Origin: a virus
IMG/VR virus record: IMGVR_UViG_3300047554_000447
Span: 22,349-86,348 of that record
Reading direction: 5' to 3' (one strand)
Length of the DNA stretch: 64,000 bases
The notes beneath the pieces were generated by a model, which had not been told where the DNA came from, ran no database searches, and saw only the letters and a program-made list of their open reading frames with translations. Positions 46,196 to 55,653 of the stretch are shown here, in pieces. Positions within the stretch are counted from its first letter, which is position 1. Every line of letters starts with the position of its first letter. The position numbers and the translations under genes are program-made.

Positions 46196-46959
46196 TGTGG
46201 CCGTTTAAGAAAAAACAAGAACATCAAATATTTTTTACCTGCGAAGACTGGGCTATTAGAAAATATGCACCCATACAGCCCGCAAAAAATTTCTTACCAA
46301 AGAAATTTAAAGATATGCAGACCTATGTCAAGCAGGAAAAATATCCAATTGACAGTATTAAAACTGTAAAGTCATGCCCAGGTATTATTGATTACTGTTC
46401 TGCAGGATTTGTTATTCCAGCTTGGTGCGATATTGAACTAACACCCTCCCCCGATGGCATGGTTGTCGAACAACGATATAGCAGTAAAAAGTTTCGTGCA
46501 GGGCATCATCCAATTGATCAACTACAAGATTTTTTAATTAAAAAATTTACAGTAAGGATGGTAGCAAAATTAGATAATCCATGGAAGATGTGGGCGGCTC
46601 CGGGATATAGCCTACTGTATCAACCTATGTATTTCTACGACGAAGATCGCAACTGGGAAGCTGTTCCTGGATGGGTAGACCACGATGTTGGTGCTGTGGG
46701 AAACCCTATCAATGTTATGCTGAAGGAAAACAAACCAGTATTGATTAAGATGGGTGAACCTTTAGTACAGGTTATCCCTATCAAACGAGAACCAATTGTA
46801 GCCTATACCGGAGAATCCGGACCAACTACATGGAAGAGATACAACGGACTTTCATATATGTATGATATGACTTTTAATACTTGGGTCAAATATATGAAAG
46901 ATAAAAAGTCCTACACCGTGGATGAACACGATGTAGAACTTCCATATAAGGTAGATTAA
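46195..46959 (+). CDS. hypothetical protein (paralogue of 43560-44276)
   Basis: KSCPGIIDY...GFVIPAW, KLDNPW, GEPLVQVIP. Confidence 0.7.
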   Translation: MWPFKKKQEHQIFFTCEDWAIRKYAPIQPAKNFLPKKFKDMQTYVKQEKYPIDSIKTVKSCPGIIDYCSAGFVIPAWCDIELTPSPDGMVVEQRYSSKKFRAGHHPIDQLQDFLIKKFTVRMVAKLDNPWKMWAAPGYSLLYQPMYFYDEDRNWEAVPGWVDHDVGAVGNPINVMLKENKPVLIKMGEPLVQVIPIKREPIVAYTGESGPTTWKRYNGLSYMYDMTFNTWVKYMKDKKSYTVDEHDVELPYKVD

Positions 46960-47669
46960 TCTCCGTAGATTTCTAATACCTCTCTAACAGCATCGTGACG
47001 CTCGATGTCATGGCTATCGAAATGTACAACATCTATATGTTGATATCTGTGACCTTTGATTTTGTCAATAAAGTCTATCAAGCCGTTGTCTTTTAATCTG
47101 TCGGCTTGTGCCAAGTCACCTGTTACTACCATTTTAGAATTTTCTCCTAATCTAGTTAGTAACATTTTCATTTGGTTTTGTGTAGCATTTTGCATTTCGT
47201 CCGCTATAACGTAAGCATTCTTAAACGTGCGGCCGCGCATATACGCAAGTGGGCTTATCTCTATGACTCCTTCATAGAGCATGTTTTCTATGTCTTTTTG
47301 CTGATAATACTCTCCTAGTACGTCAAAGATTGGTCTAGTCCAGGGTGCCATCTTTTCATTTAGCGTACCTGGTAAAAATCCTAGATCTTCATCAACTGAA
47401 ACGGCGGGTCTCGTGACTATGATCTTATCCACTTTACCTTCTTGAAACAACTTGATACCCATCTGTACAGCTAGCAGAGTCTTGCCCGTGCCGGCAGGAC
47501 CAATAGCAAATAGAATATTTTTGCTATCGTCGTTTAGCTTGAATAGATAAGTTTCTTGGTGTTTGTTGCGAGGTAACAGATTTACCCTCTGCTTCTTCGC
47601 AGGAAGATATGTATGAAAATCAATCACGTTCACGTCTGAAGTAAAACGTTTCTTCACTCTTTTACTCAT
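46956..47669 (-). CDS. phoH: PhoH-like ATPase
   Basis: GPAGTGKT, RPAV, LGFLPG, YMRGRT, DEMQN, GD..Q.D. Confidence 0.95.
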   Translation of the reverse strand: MSKRVKKRFTSDVNVIDFHTYLPAKKQRVNLLPRNKHQETYLFKLNDDSKNILFAIGPAGTGKTLLAVQMGIKLFQEGKVDKIIVTRPAVSVDEDLGFLPGTLNEKMAPWTRPIFDVLGEYYQQKDIENMLYEGVIEISPLAYMRGRTFKNAYVIADEMQNATQNQMKMLLTRLGENSKMVVTGDLAQADRLKDNGLIDFIDKIKGHRYQHIDVVHFDSHDIERHDAVREVLEIYGD

Positions 47670-47692
47670 TAAGGTTGTCTCCCACTATAAAA

Positions 47693-47747
47693 GTAGGACC
47701 CTTGTAGCGACCGCCCAGTTACTACAGTGGTCCTACACAATTACTTA
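47693..47747 (-). promoter_or_regulatory. phoH late promoter (TAAGTA) and 5' leader hairpin
   Basis: GTAGGACC/GGTCCTAC and TGTAG/CTACA stems begin 5 nt after TAAGTA (47742-47747). Confidence 0.55.
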
Positions 47748-47826
47748 TATCTTTTGGACTAAAGTAAACCGATAACATATGATTTACGACTAGCTAAATA
47801 AGTATAGAAATTTCTTGGAACTAACA

Positions 47827-48387
47827 ATGCGCGATATTTTAGACGTCATTAAAAACGTAGAATCAATCTACAGCACAAATTCTAGCTTATCTGTACTCAA
47901 AGACTTTGAAAGAGTACTAGATGAGATGGATATGTACGTATATAAAAACTGGCAGGACGGTGAACTAGCGGAAGGACCTAAGGTTGATCGCTACTGGATT
48001 ACTGCTAGTTTTATGTGGCCACGTGAAAAAATGCCTGATCCTATGGCTGCTAAAAGGCTGTTAGATTACGGTTGTAAAGTTAGGTACGAAAAAACACACT
48101 TGCTCGAACCTAGAAAAATTAAAAGCCCGGATGATCTAAGACCCGGAACTAAGAAAGGTAAGTTAGATCGCACACCAGTGTGGTTAGTAGAAATCACGAT
48201 GCCTAAGAAATTAGTTGGAGATATTTTCAACGGTTACATGGGTAAGATGAAAGAAGATATGGGCATTGGAAGAAATGAAAGAGTAGATGCGGCGCCTGCA
48301 CAACCTGCAGACCAAGCGGCAGCTCAACCGCCTGCGGCAGCTCCTGCGGCAGCACCAACAGAAGGAGCACCAAGTGCAACAGCTTAA
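47827..48387 (+). CDS. hypothetical late protein with Pro/Ala-rich tail
   Basis: TAAATA 47795-47800; ATG 47827. Confidence 0.75.
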   Translation: MRDILDVIKNVESIYSTNSSLSVLKDFERVLDEMDMYVYKNWQDGELAEGPKVDRYWITASFMWPREKMPDPMAAKRLLDYGCKVRYEKTHLLEPRKIKSPDDLRPGTKKGKLDRTPVWLVEITMPKKLVGDIFNGYMGKMKEDMGIGRNERVDAAPAQPADQAAAQPPAAAPAAAPTEGAPSATA

Positions 48388-49108
48388 TGAAAGTCTATTG
48401 GCTGGAGACCTTCGAGATCTTGTCAGCAACATATTTGAAGTTGACAACTATCAATCAAAGATGGGGTCTGATAAAGATATCGTAGTCTTATCTTTCACAG
48501 TCGAGCAACAAGATCCGGCTAAAGACCTTGTAAATTTTATTGAGAGAGGCTATGACTTTGTGTTAGATGCAGATGCCACTCCTGGAGAACTTAGTGACGG
48601 TCGTTATAAAGTTTTTGTAGAAATCGAAAGAAATAGAAGAATAGCAGATCAAATCATCGAAGTATTGAACGGTGTAAAACAACTTACAAACATTGAAGGG
48701 TTTAGATTTAGATATCACAAAGACTTTCACAGTCAAGAAGCTACTGCTGATGCTCTTAGAGAAACTGTTCCGTCTGACAAAGGTACCTATGAATCAAAGA
48801 TGACTCAAGAATCTTTAAACAACTTCGGAAACTTCTTTGGTCGTAGTTATCTTGAAAGTATCTCAGTAGACAATGAGGATCTTATATTTCAAAAGAAATA
48901 TGCAGAGCCTTTAAGGATGCGAATTAAAGATTTTGGTCCTACTAATGAAGTGTATCAAAGAACACAAGGACCGATAATGTTAGAAAGTAATTCTATTGCT
49001 GAAGTAATGTTCCTCACAAAATACATTGGCAATTTTAATATTACTAAAGTAGGTTCTAATTTTATTTTTGAAAATAAAAACTTTGCAGTTGTATTGGAGA
49101 AAATCTGA
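48374..49108 (+). CDS. hypothetical protein
   Basis: GAAGGAG SD then GTG 48374 (MQQLNESL). Confidence 0.75.
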   Translation: MQQLNESLLAGDLRDLVSNIFEVDNYQSKMGSDKDIVVLSFTVEQQDPAKDLVNFIERGYDFVLDADATPGELSDGRYKVFVEIERNRRIADQIIEVLNGVKQLTNIEGFRFRYHKDFHSQEATADALRETVPSDKGTYESKMTQESLNNFGNFFGRSYLESISVDNEDLIFQKKYAEPLRMRIKDFGPTNEVYQRTQGPIMLESNSIAEVMFLTKYIGNFNITKVGSNFIFENKNFAVVLEKI

Positions 49109-49584
49109 TGTGGCAATTAATGTGGATTTTTGGATTAATTCCTGACTGGATTTGGTTAGCCTTGTTGGGCATTGGTGTTGTTGGCATCTTTGCTGGCACA
49201 ATTTTAAAATTTATTCCTTTCGTTAGTCAATATAGATACCCAATAAAGGTTGTAGGATTTGTATTAACTATTGTTAGTATTTGGTTCTTAGGTGGAGCAG
49301 CCAATGAAGCTAAATGGCAGGCAAAATCGAGAGAACTAGAAGAAAAAGTTAAGATTGCCGAACAGCAGGCCACAGAAGCTAACAATAAAGTTGAAATTAA
49401 AGTTGTTGAAAAAACTAAAGTAGTCAAAGAGAAAGGCAAGGATGTTATCAAGTATATTGATCGAGAAGTAGTTAAGAAAGAAGAAATAGTCAAGTACATT
49501 GAAAACTGCCCTGTTCCTAAAGAAATCATTGATATTCATAATCAAGCAACCGAACTAAACAAGGCTGCGGAGGGTAAAAAATGA
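49108..49584 (+). CDS. putative i-spanin (Rz-like)
   Basis: N-terminal TM helices, coiled coil, C-terminal Cys; directly followed by a lipoprotein. Confidence 0.65.
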   Translation: MWQLMWIFGLIPDWIWLALLGIGVVGIFAGTILKFIPFVSQYRYPIKVVGFVLTIVSIWFLGGAANEAKWQAKSRELEEKVKIAEQQATEANNKVEIKVVEKTKVVKEKGKDVIKYIDREVVKKEEIVKYIENCPVPKEIIDIHNQATELNKAAEGKK

Positions 49585-49847
49585 AACCCGTTGCACTACT
49601 AATTCCGTTGTTATTAACTGGTTGCTTTGCTACAGTCCCAGTAAAACAAAAATTCCCAGAGGCTCCCAAGACACTAACTGAAAAGTGTGAAAACCTTAAA
49701 AAGGTAGAGGGAGATCGTGTAGCAATAACTGAGATGTTAAAAGTTGTTGTTGAAAACTATTCATTATACTACGAATGTTCTGCTAAAGTAGAAGGTTGGA
49801 ACGAATGGTATAACGAACAGAAAAGAATCTACGAAAGTGTAAAATGA
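49581..49847 (+). CDS. putative o-spanin (Rz1-like lipoprotein)
   Basis: LLTG|C lipobox, P..P..L...C..L, NY..Y.EC. Confidence 0.7.
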   Translation: MKPVALLIPLLLTGCFATVPVKQKFPEAPKTLTEKCENLKKVEGDRVAITEMLKVVVENYSLYYECSAKVEGWNEWYNEQKRIYESVK

Positions 49848-50068
49848 AAGTAGGAATACTTCTAGCATTAGTCATATTATCAGGCTGTGCATCTATCAGC
49901 CCCGATGTACAAAAATCTGTATCAAGAGATCAAACAATGGAAAAAATGGCTAAGAGTGCTTTAATAGCAGAAATGCTACAAAGTCCCGATCCTGTTGTTA
50001 GATCTAAAGGTGCAGAGATAGCTAAAGAATTTATTAAACAAGAAAAAAAGAGTTTTTTTAATTTTTGA
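49844..50068 (+). CDS. small lipoprotein
   Basis: ILSG|C lipobox. Confidence 0.65.
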   Translation: MKVGILLALVILSGCASISPDVQKSVSRDQTMEKMAKSALIAEMLQSPDPVVRSKGAEIAKEFIKQEKKSFFNF

Positions 50069-50092
50069 CATTTAATTAATAAGGAGCAATAA

Positions 50093-50656
50093 ATGGCATT
50101 ACACGAATCAATCCTAAAATTGATCAACAAAGACCCTAAAGAATCAGATACACCAAAACCAGCACCGGGTTCCAGAAGTGAGCGAGAAGCAAAGATCAAA
50201 GATAAAGCAGGTATGGTAATTTCTGTATTTGCATTGTTCTTAGCAGTGAACTCGTGGTACGGTGGCAAGTTGTCTAGCACAGTATTAAACAATACACTAG
50301 GTGCTAATAATGCTTGGGCACAATATCAAGCAAAGAACAATCGTTTAGTCAGTTATGAGATTGCCAGCAAGACCGCTAGTGATCCTGCTCTGAAGAAAGA
50401 ATTTAAAGCAGAAGCCGAGCGTATGGAGGCAGACAAGAAAGAGATTGCTGTCAATGCTCGCAAGATGGAGGCAGATCGTGAACTAGCAAAGAAGTCTAGT
50501 CCCTGGATTGGCTATGCATCAACAGCATATCAACTTGCTATCGTTGTATTATCAGCAAGTATCCTTGCAGTTAGCATGCCAATGTTCTGGGCAAGTTTTG
50601 CCGTAGCAGGTGTAGGGCTGGTATTATCAGCTAATGGTTTATTTTTATTCTTCTAA
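50093..50656 (+). CDS. DUF4337-like membrane protein
   Basis: TM, WA.YQAK, coiled coil, Q.AIVV.SAS, two C-terminal TMs. Confidence 0.7.
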   Translation: MALHESILKLINKDPKESDTPKPAPGSRSEREAKIKDKAGMVISVFALFLAVNSWYGGKLSSTVLNNTLGANNAWAQYQAKNNRLVSYEIASKTASDPALKKEFKAEAERMEADKKEIAVNARKMEADRELAKKSSPWIGYASTAYQLAIVVLSASILAVSMPMFWASFAVAGVGLVLSANGLFLFF

Positions 50657-50665
50657 GGAAATATT

Positions 50666-51436
50666 ATGGGATTTAATCCGTTTAAAAAATCAAGTTGGGA
50701 CAAAGCTGTAAAAGACACTAAAAAAGCTGTTGTCGATCCAGTAGTTAAAGAAACTACTAAGGCAGTTGATACTGTTGCCAACGAAACTACCAAGGCTTAT
50801 AATGCTACTAAAGACTTTGCAGAAAGTCTAGCTAAAGATACTACCAAAGCCGTTGCTCATACAACCGCAGTCTGTGAAAAGAATGCCAACGAATATGCCA
50901 AGCAAGGATTTGATGTCACTTCGGATGCTTGGAAACAAGGCACTGGCGAAGTTATCAAGTATACTAAAGAGGGTGTTGAATATGTAGAATTTGCGGCCAC
51001 AGAAGCTTACAAATGGGCCGATGCTAATGCCTGTTATATCGGATTAAACTTAGCACTGACTACAGGATGCGTTCTATACTTTACGCCTAAGCCAGATCCA
51101 GCAGAACCTGGTACTGTTACATCAACTGCTATCAGTTCAACATACTTAGGATATATTGCTGTACAAGGATCGAATACAGCGATGGCCATGGCTGTTGGCG
51201 AAATCATTACCAAGTCGTTCTTGCTAATTCCAGGCGTTAAAGGCAACGTCGACGAAAAGATGCTAAACAGAGTAATTGTTAATGCTATTGCAACCTGCAA
51301 TCCTGCTATGTTAACTGTGAGTCTTGCCACTCCAGCTGGTGTAGGAATATTTGTTGGTTCGGTACTTTCCCCGATCGTAGCACAATTAGTCTGTGAAAAG
51401 ACAGCACCAAAGGGCTTAACAAAAGCTATATCATAA
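50666..51436 (+). CDS. hypothetical protein with amphipathic repeats and hydrophobic C-terminus
   Basis: (K/N)(E/D)TTKA repeats; AAGGA SD. Confidence 0.7.
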   Translation: MGFNPFKKSSWDKAVKDTKKAVVDPVVKETTKAVDTVANETTKAYNATKDFAESLAKDTTKAVAHTTAVCEKNANEYAKQGFDVTSDAWKQGTGEVIKYTKEGVEYVEFAATEAYKWADANACYIGLNLALTTGCVLYFTPKPDPAEPGTVTSTAISSTYLGYIAVQGSNTAMAMAVGEIITKSFLLIPGVKGNVDEKMLNRVIVNAIATCNPAMLTVSLATPAGVGIFVGSVLSPIVAQLVCEKTAPKGLTKAIS

Positions 51437-51458
51437 TCAATATAATAGGAGCGAACAA

Positions 51459-52037
51459 ATGGCAACAGCAGAAGATTATGCAAAAATGAGTGATTCAGAA
51501 AAGAAAAAAGAAGATTGGATGAACAGTAAATGGCGTCCAATGATGGGCTGGTTATACATGGGTACCTGTTTCTTTGACTTTGTATTATTCCCAGTACTAT
51601 GGAGTTTACTACAATCTGTTAAAGGAATCCCAGTAACACAATGGCAACCGTTAACATTACAAGGTGCAGGATTGTACCACATCGCAATGGGTGCTGTACT
51701 TGGACTAGCCGCATGGGGACGTACACAAGAAAAACTAAACGGAGCAAACAATGGCGGTATACAATCAATGGGATCTAGTAGCCCAACAGCATTTGGCTCT
51801 TCGACAACAGGTGGCTTCGGTTCCGGTGGCTTCGGTGCAACACCAACGCCAGCAACAAGTAATTTTGGCGGAAGCGGAATTGGAGGCACACCTCGCCAAA
51901 GTCCAAGCTTCGGAGCGCCAGCAGTAGCTGGAACAGCAATGGTAGGTGGAGCAGTAGCCGCTACTGCTATGCCCGCTGTGAGCAGGCCAATGCCTAGTAG
52001 GCCGCCAATTGACGAAGATATGCCTGAATTAGAATGA
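51459..52037 (+). CDS. 3TM-type (GTA-like) holin
   Basis: WRPMMGW.Y, W.PLTL, LG..AWGRT.EK, low-complexity tail. Confidence 0.7.
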   Translation: MATAEDYAKMSDSEKKKEDWMNSKWRPMMGWLYMGTCFFDFVLFPVLWSLLQSVKGIPVTQWQPLTLQGAGLYHIAMGAVLGLAAWGRTQEKLNGANNGGIQSMGSSSPTAFGSSTTGGFGSGGFGATPTPATSNFGGSGIGGTPRQSPSFGAPAVAGTAMVGGAVAATAMPAVSRPMPSRPPIDEDMPELE

Positions 52038-52062
52038 CAATATGTCCATAGTGCTATATAAT
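52034..52062 (+). promoter_or_regulatory. sigma70-type promoter, leaderless
   Basis: ATGACA-N17-TATAAT, ATG 7 nt downstream, no SD. Confidence 0.6.
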
Positions 52063-52069
52063 AGTTACT

Positions 52070-52918
52070 ATGGACTATTATCAAATTTTAGGTGTTCCGC
52101 GGACTGCAAGTCAGGATGAAATTAAAAAGGCTTATCGCAAACTTGCGATGAAGCATCATCCTGACAAAGGCGGAAACGAAGAAAAGTTCAAAGAAATCTC
52201 AACTGCTTACGACATTCTAAGCAATCCAGAAAAAAGATCCGAATACGATAATCCTCAACAAGGGTTTAATCCATTTTCTCAAAACATGGGTCCGGGGTGG
52301 CACGATGTTAGCGAAATGTTTGGATTTAGTTTTGGACCTGGGTTTGAAGGGTTCACTGGCCGACCACATGCTCGAAGTCGAAGAAACCGTGACGTAACTA
52401 TCAACATCACAATAAATTTAAAACAAAGCTATCTAGGAACACAACTAGAAGCAAGATATAAAACTCCATCCGGAAAAAACAATACGGTTATAATAGATGT
52501 ACCTGCCGGAGTGACCGCAGGACAAACTATTCGATACGGTGGACTGGGAGATGACACGATACCCGATGCCCCTAGAGGAAACCTAAATGTTAATGTTATG
52601 GTTTCAGATGATGAAAATTTTAGACGTCAAGGAAACGATCTCTGTACTAGATTAGATCTAACATTAATTGAAGCAATGACCGGTTGCACAAAAACTGTTA
52701 AATCGTTAGATGGTAATTCATATCCAGTAAAAATTAGACCAGGTATACAAGCTGGCACAGAGTTTGCCAGCGAAGGTCGAGGATTTAGAGATTTAAATAA
52801 TGGACGGACTGGTAGACTTGTTATAACTATTGATGTTAATATACCAGCAGTAACTGATCCTGATATGATTAAGAAAATGGAAGATATCTATGCTGAAATT
52901 AGTAAAACATCCAAATAA
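52070..52918 (+). CDS. dnaJ: DnaJ-class chaperone (no Zn finger, CbpA-like)
   Basis: DYY.ILGV, HPD, G/F linker, C-terminal DnaJ domain. Confidence 0.92.
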   Translation: MDYYQILGVPRTASQDEIKKAYRKLAMKHHPDKGGNEEKFKEISTAYDILSNPEKRSEYDNPQQGFNPFSQNMGPGWHDVSEMFGFSFGPGFEGFTGRPHARSRRNRDVTINITINLKQSYLGTQLEARYKTPSGKNNTVIIDVPAGVTAGQTIRYGGLGDDTIPDAPRGNLNVNVMVSDDENFRRQGNDLCTRLDLTLIEAMTGCTKTVKSLDGNSYPVKIRPGIQAGTEFASEGRGFRDLNNGRTGRLVITIDVNIPAVTDPDMIKKMEDIYAEISKTSK

Positions 52919-53423
52919 TATATTAAAAGAAACCTTGCCTGACTTTGATTTTTCAAATCCCGTGATGGACCCTAGAGATTTGGAAGAACAAATGGTACAG
53001 TTAATGATGCTAGAAAATGGACGAGGCTTGGCTGCTAACCAAGTAGACGTTAGAGCTAGAGTATTTGTTATCAAAACAGAAAAGCTAAACGGAGTAACTA
53101 CACCATTTGCGGTTTTTAATCCAAAAATTCTAGCCGAAGACGAAGAACAAGTTTTAGACTACGAAGGATGTCTAAGTTTCCCCAATCTATTCTTACAGGT
53201 AAAACGTCCAAAACATATTGTAGTCGAATTCCTTGACAGAGACGGAAATCAGTGTATAATAAGATTAGACGACATCGATGCCAGGTGCTTCTTACATGAG
53301 TTAGATCATTTGAACGGTGTGTGTTTTACAGATGGTATTAGTAAATTAAAATTAGACCTAGCACTAAAAAGACAAAGGAAATTAAATGGTAGAACCAAGC
53401 AACGAACTTCAGTTGGTATTTGA
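52890..53423 (+). CDS. def: peptide deformylase
   Basis: G.GLAANQ, EGCLS, HELDH. Confidence 0.95.
   Translation: MLKLVKHPNNILKETLPDFDFSNPVMDPRDLEEQMVQLMMLENGRGLAANQVDVRARVFVIKTEKLNGVTTPFAVFNPKILAEDEEQVLDYEGCLSFPNLFLQVKRPKHIVVEFLDRDGNQCIIRLDDIDARCFLHELDHLNGVCFTDGISKLKLDLALKRQRKLNGRTKQRTSVGI
53233..53260 (+). promoter_or_regulatory. sigma70-type promoter internal to def
   Basis: TTGACA-N16-TATAAT about 125 nt upstream of clpA. Confidence 0.6.
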
Positions 53424-55653
53424 AAAAGCAATCGACGTAGCTAAAAAATTACGTCACGAATACCTAACATTAGAGCACCTGCTGTTCGCGATGCTCTGCG
53501 AAGAATCATTTCACAAATGTGTAACTGGGTATGGTGCTGATGCAGACTTTGTTAAGAAAAGTCTTGAACATTATCTTAAAACTAAATTACAGGATATTAC
53601 CCTAGAAGTTGAAGGAGCGAAACCTAAAAAAACCCAAGCCGTTGAAAGAGTACTGAACAGAGCGTTTACACAAGTGCTTTTTAATGGTCGTCAAAAGATT
53701 GAACCAACAGATGTATTCTTAGCAATGATGAGCGAAAAACGTTCATATGCTAACTACTACATTCAACAAGCAGAAATCGACAAAGAAAAATTTGCAGACT
53801 ATCTCAATTCAGAAATGGAAGAAGTTACTGAAGAAGAGCAACAACCGAGAGATAGCCAAGCTGAGAGAGCCCTGAGGTCCTTTAGCACTAACCTTAATGA
53901 ATCAGTTAAGAAGAACAAAGTTGATCCGGTCATTGGCCGCGTTGACGAGCTTGAAAATATTGCTCTAGCATTAGGTCGCAGAAGCAAGTCGAACGTTATC
54001 CTTGTGGGGGATCCAGGCGTAGGCAAGACTGCTATCGCGGAAGGACTTGCTTACAATATCGTTAAAGGTGCTGTTCCAGACTTCCTTAAAGACTATACTG
54101 TCTATAATCTAGATGTAAGTGCTATGTTGGCAGGTAGTAAATACCGCGGAGACTTTGAAGAAAGATTTAAACTGGTTCTCAAAGCCTTAGATAAAAAAGG
54201 TAAAACTGTCTTGTTCATTGACGAAGCACATATGATCAGCGGTGCTGGCGCGGCAGGCGGAAATAGTGCTAACGATCTAAGCAATATGATGAAGCCTGCT
54301 CTTAGCAAGGGTAATATCAAGGTCATTGCTTCAACTACCTGGGAAGAGTATCGCAAGTACTTCGAAAAGGATCGTGCTCTAATGCGCCGCTTCCAGCGCA
54401 TCACGGTTGATGAGCCTAGTAAAGAAATGGCTACGCAGATCCTCAAAGGAATTCGAAAGTACTATGAGCAACATCATAATGTAAAAATTAAAGATGATGC
54501 GATTAATGCGGCTATCAAACTCAGTGTCAAATATCAAACAGATAAGAAATTGCCAGATAAGGCCATTGACTTAATTGACTGCGCATGTTCTAGATTTAAT
54601 TTAAAATCATCTGAAGATCGTGTTGTCGACGAAGCATCAATTCAGTTTGAGTTAAGCAAGATGGTGAACATTCCAGCTGAAACCATTGCCGAACAAGAAT
54701 CGAGCAATCTTGCTAATTTAGAATCTCATCTACAAGAAGAAATCTACGGGCAGGACTCTGCTATCACTGAAATCGTAGATAAAATTCTTGTTAGCCGTGC
54801 AGGACTTAAACCTGAGAATCGACCAGTGGGGGCATTTGTGTTTATGGGCCCAACTGGTACAGGTAAGACTGAAACTGCAAAGTCTCTGGCTAAGAATTTA
54901 GGCGTCAAACTTGTGCGATTTGATATGAGTGAATATCAGGAAAAACACTCAGTATCTAAGCTAATTGGTTCGCCTCCAGGTTATGTTGGCTTTGAAGAAA
55001 ATGCTGGTTTGTTGATCACTAAGATCCAAGAGAATCCTAACTGTGTTCTATTGCTAGACGAAATCGAAAAGTCACATCCTGATGTTTCAACTATCCTATT
55101 ACAGATGATGGATAACGGATTCATTACAGGATCAAATGGAAAACAAGCCGATTGCCGTAATTTAATTCTTATTATCACAACTAATGCTGGCGCACAAGAT
55201 GCTGAAAAACTTAAGATTGGTTTTGGTGAGCAAGAGAAGCAATACAGCGATGATGCTTTGAAGAAATTCTTTGCTCCAGAATTCCGCAATCGTTTAGATG
55301 CAGTTGTAACCTTTGGTAAGCTCACTAAGGAAACAATGATTAAAATCGTTGGCAAGTTTATGCTTGAAGTCCGTGAGCAGGTTAAAGAAAAAGGAATTAA
55401 AGTTAAAATCTCCGATGAAGCAATTGACTGGCTGATTGAAAAGGGCTTTGATTCTAAGATGGGTGCAAGACCGTTACAACGAGTTATTGATAAAGAAATC
55501 AAGCGTCCTCTAGCAAGAATGATGCTGTTTGGAGATCTCAAGAACGGTGGTAATTTAAATATTACTGCCAACGAAACTGGTTTGGCCCTGGCTGTTAAAG
55601 TAAAGACACCTAAGGTTGTAGAAAATGAAGATACCAAAGTCAGTCAAGACTAA
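53386..55653 (+). CDS. clpA: ATP-dependent Clp protease ATPase subunit ClpA
   Basis: Clp N-domain, GDPGVGKT, GPTGTGKT, RFDMSEY, IGF loop, GARPL; no ClpB M-domain. Confidence 0.93.
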   Translation: MVEPSNELQLVFEKAIDVAKKLRHEYLTLEHLLFAMLCEESFHKCVTGYGADADFVKKSLEHYLKTKLQDITLEVEGAKPKKTQAVERVLNRAFTQVLFNGRQKIEPTDVFLAMMSEKRSYANYYIQQAEIDKEKFADYLNSEMEEVTEEEQQPRDSQAERALRSFSTNLNESVKKNKVDPVIGRVDELENIALALGRRSKSNVILVGDPGVGKTAIAEGLAYNIVKGAVPDFLKDYTVYNLDVSAMLAGSKYRGDFEERFKLVLKALDKKGKTVLFIDEAHMISGAGAAGGNSANDLSNMMKPALSKGNIKVIASTTWEEYRKYFEKDRALMRRFQRITVDEPSKEMATQILKGIRKYYEQHHNVKIKDDAINAAIKLSVKYQTDKKLPDKAIDLIDCACSRFNLKSSEDRVVDEASIQFELSKMVNIPAETIAEQESSNLANLESHLQEEIYGQDSAITEIVDKILVSRAGLKPENRPVGAFVFMGPTGTGKTETAKSLAKNLGVKLVRFDMSEYQEKHSVSKLIGSPPGYVGFEENAGLLITKIQENPNCVLLLDEIEKSHPDVSTILLQMMDNGFITGSNGKQADCRNLILIITTNAGAQDAEKLKIGFGEQEKQYSDDALKKFFAPEFRNRLDAVVTFGKLTKETMIKIVGKFMLEVREQVKEKGIKVKISDEAIDWLIEKGFDSKMGARPLQRVIDKEIKRPLARMMLFGDLKNGGNLNITANETGLALAVKVKTPKVVENEDTKVSQD

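Noticed and set aside
50065-50092. sigma70 promoter at TTGACA 50065
   Set aside because: There is no acceptable -10 hexamer at 16-18 nt spacing.
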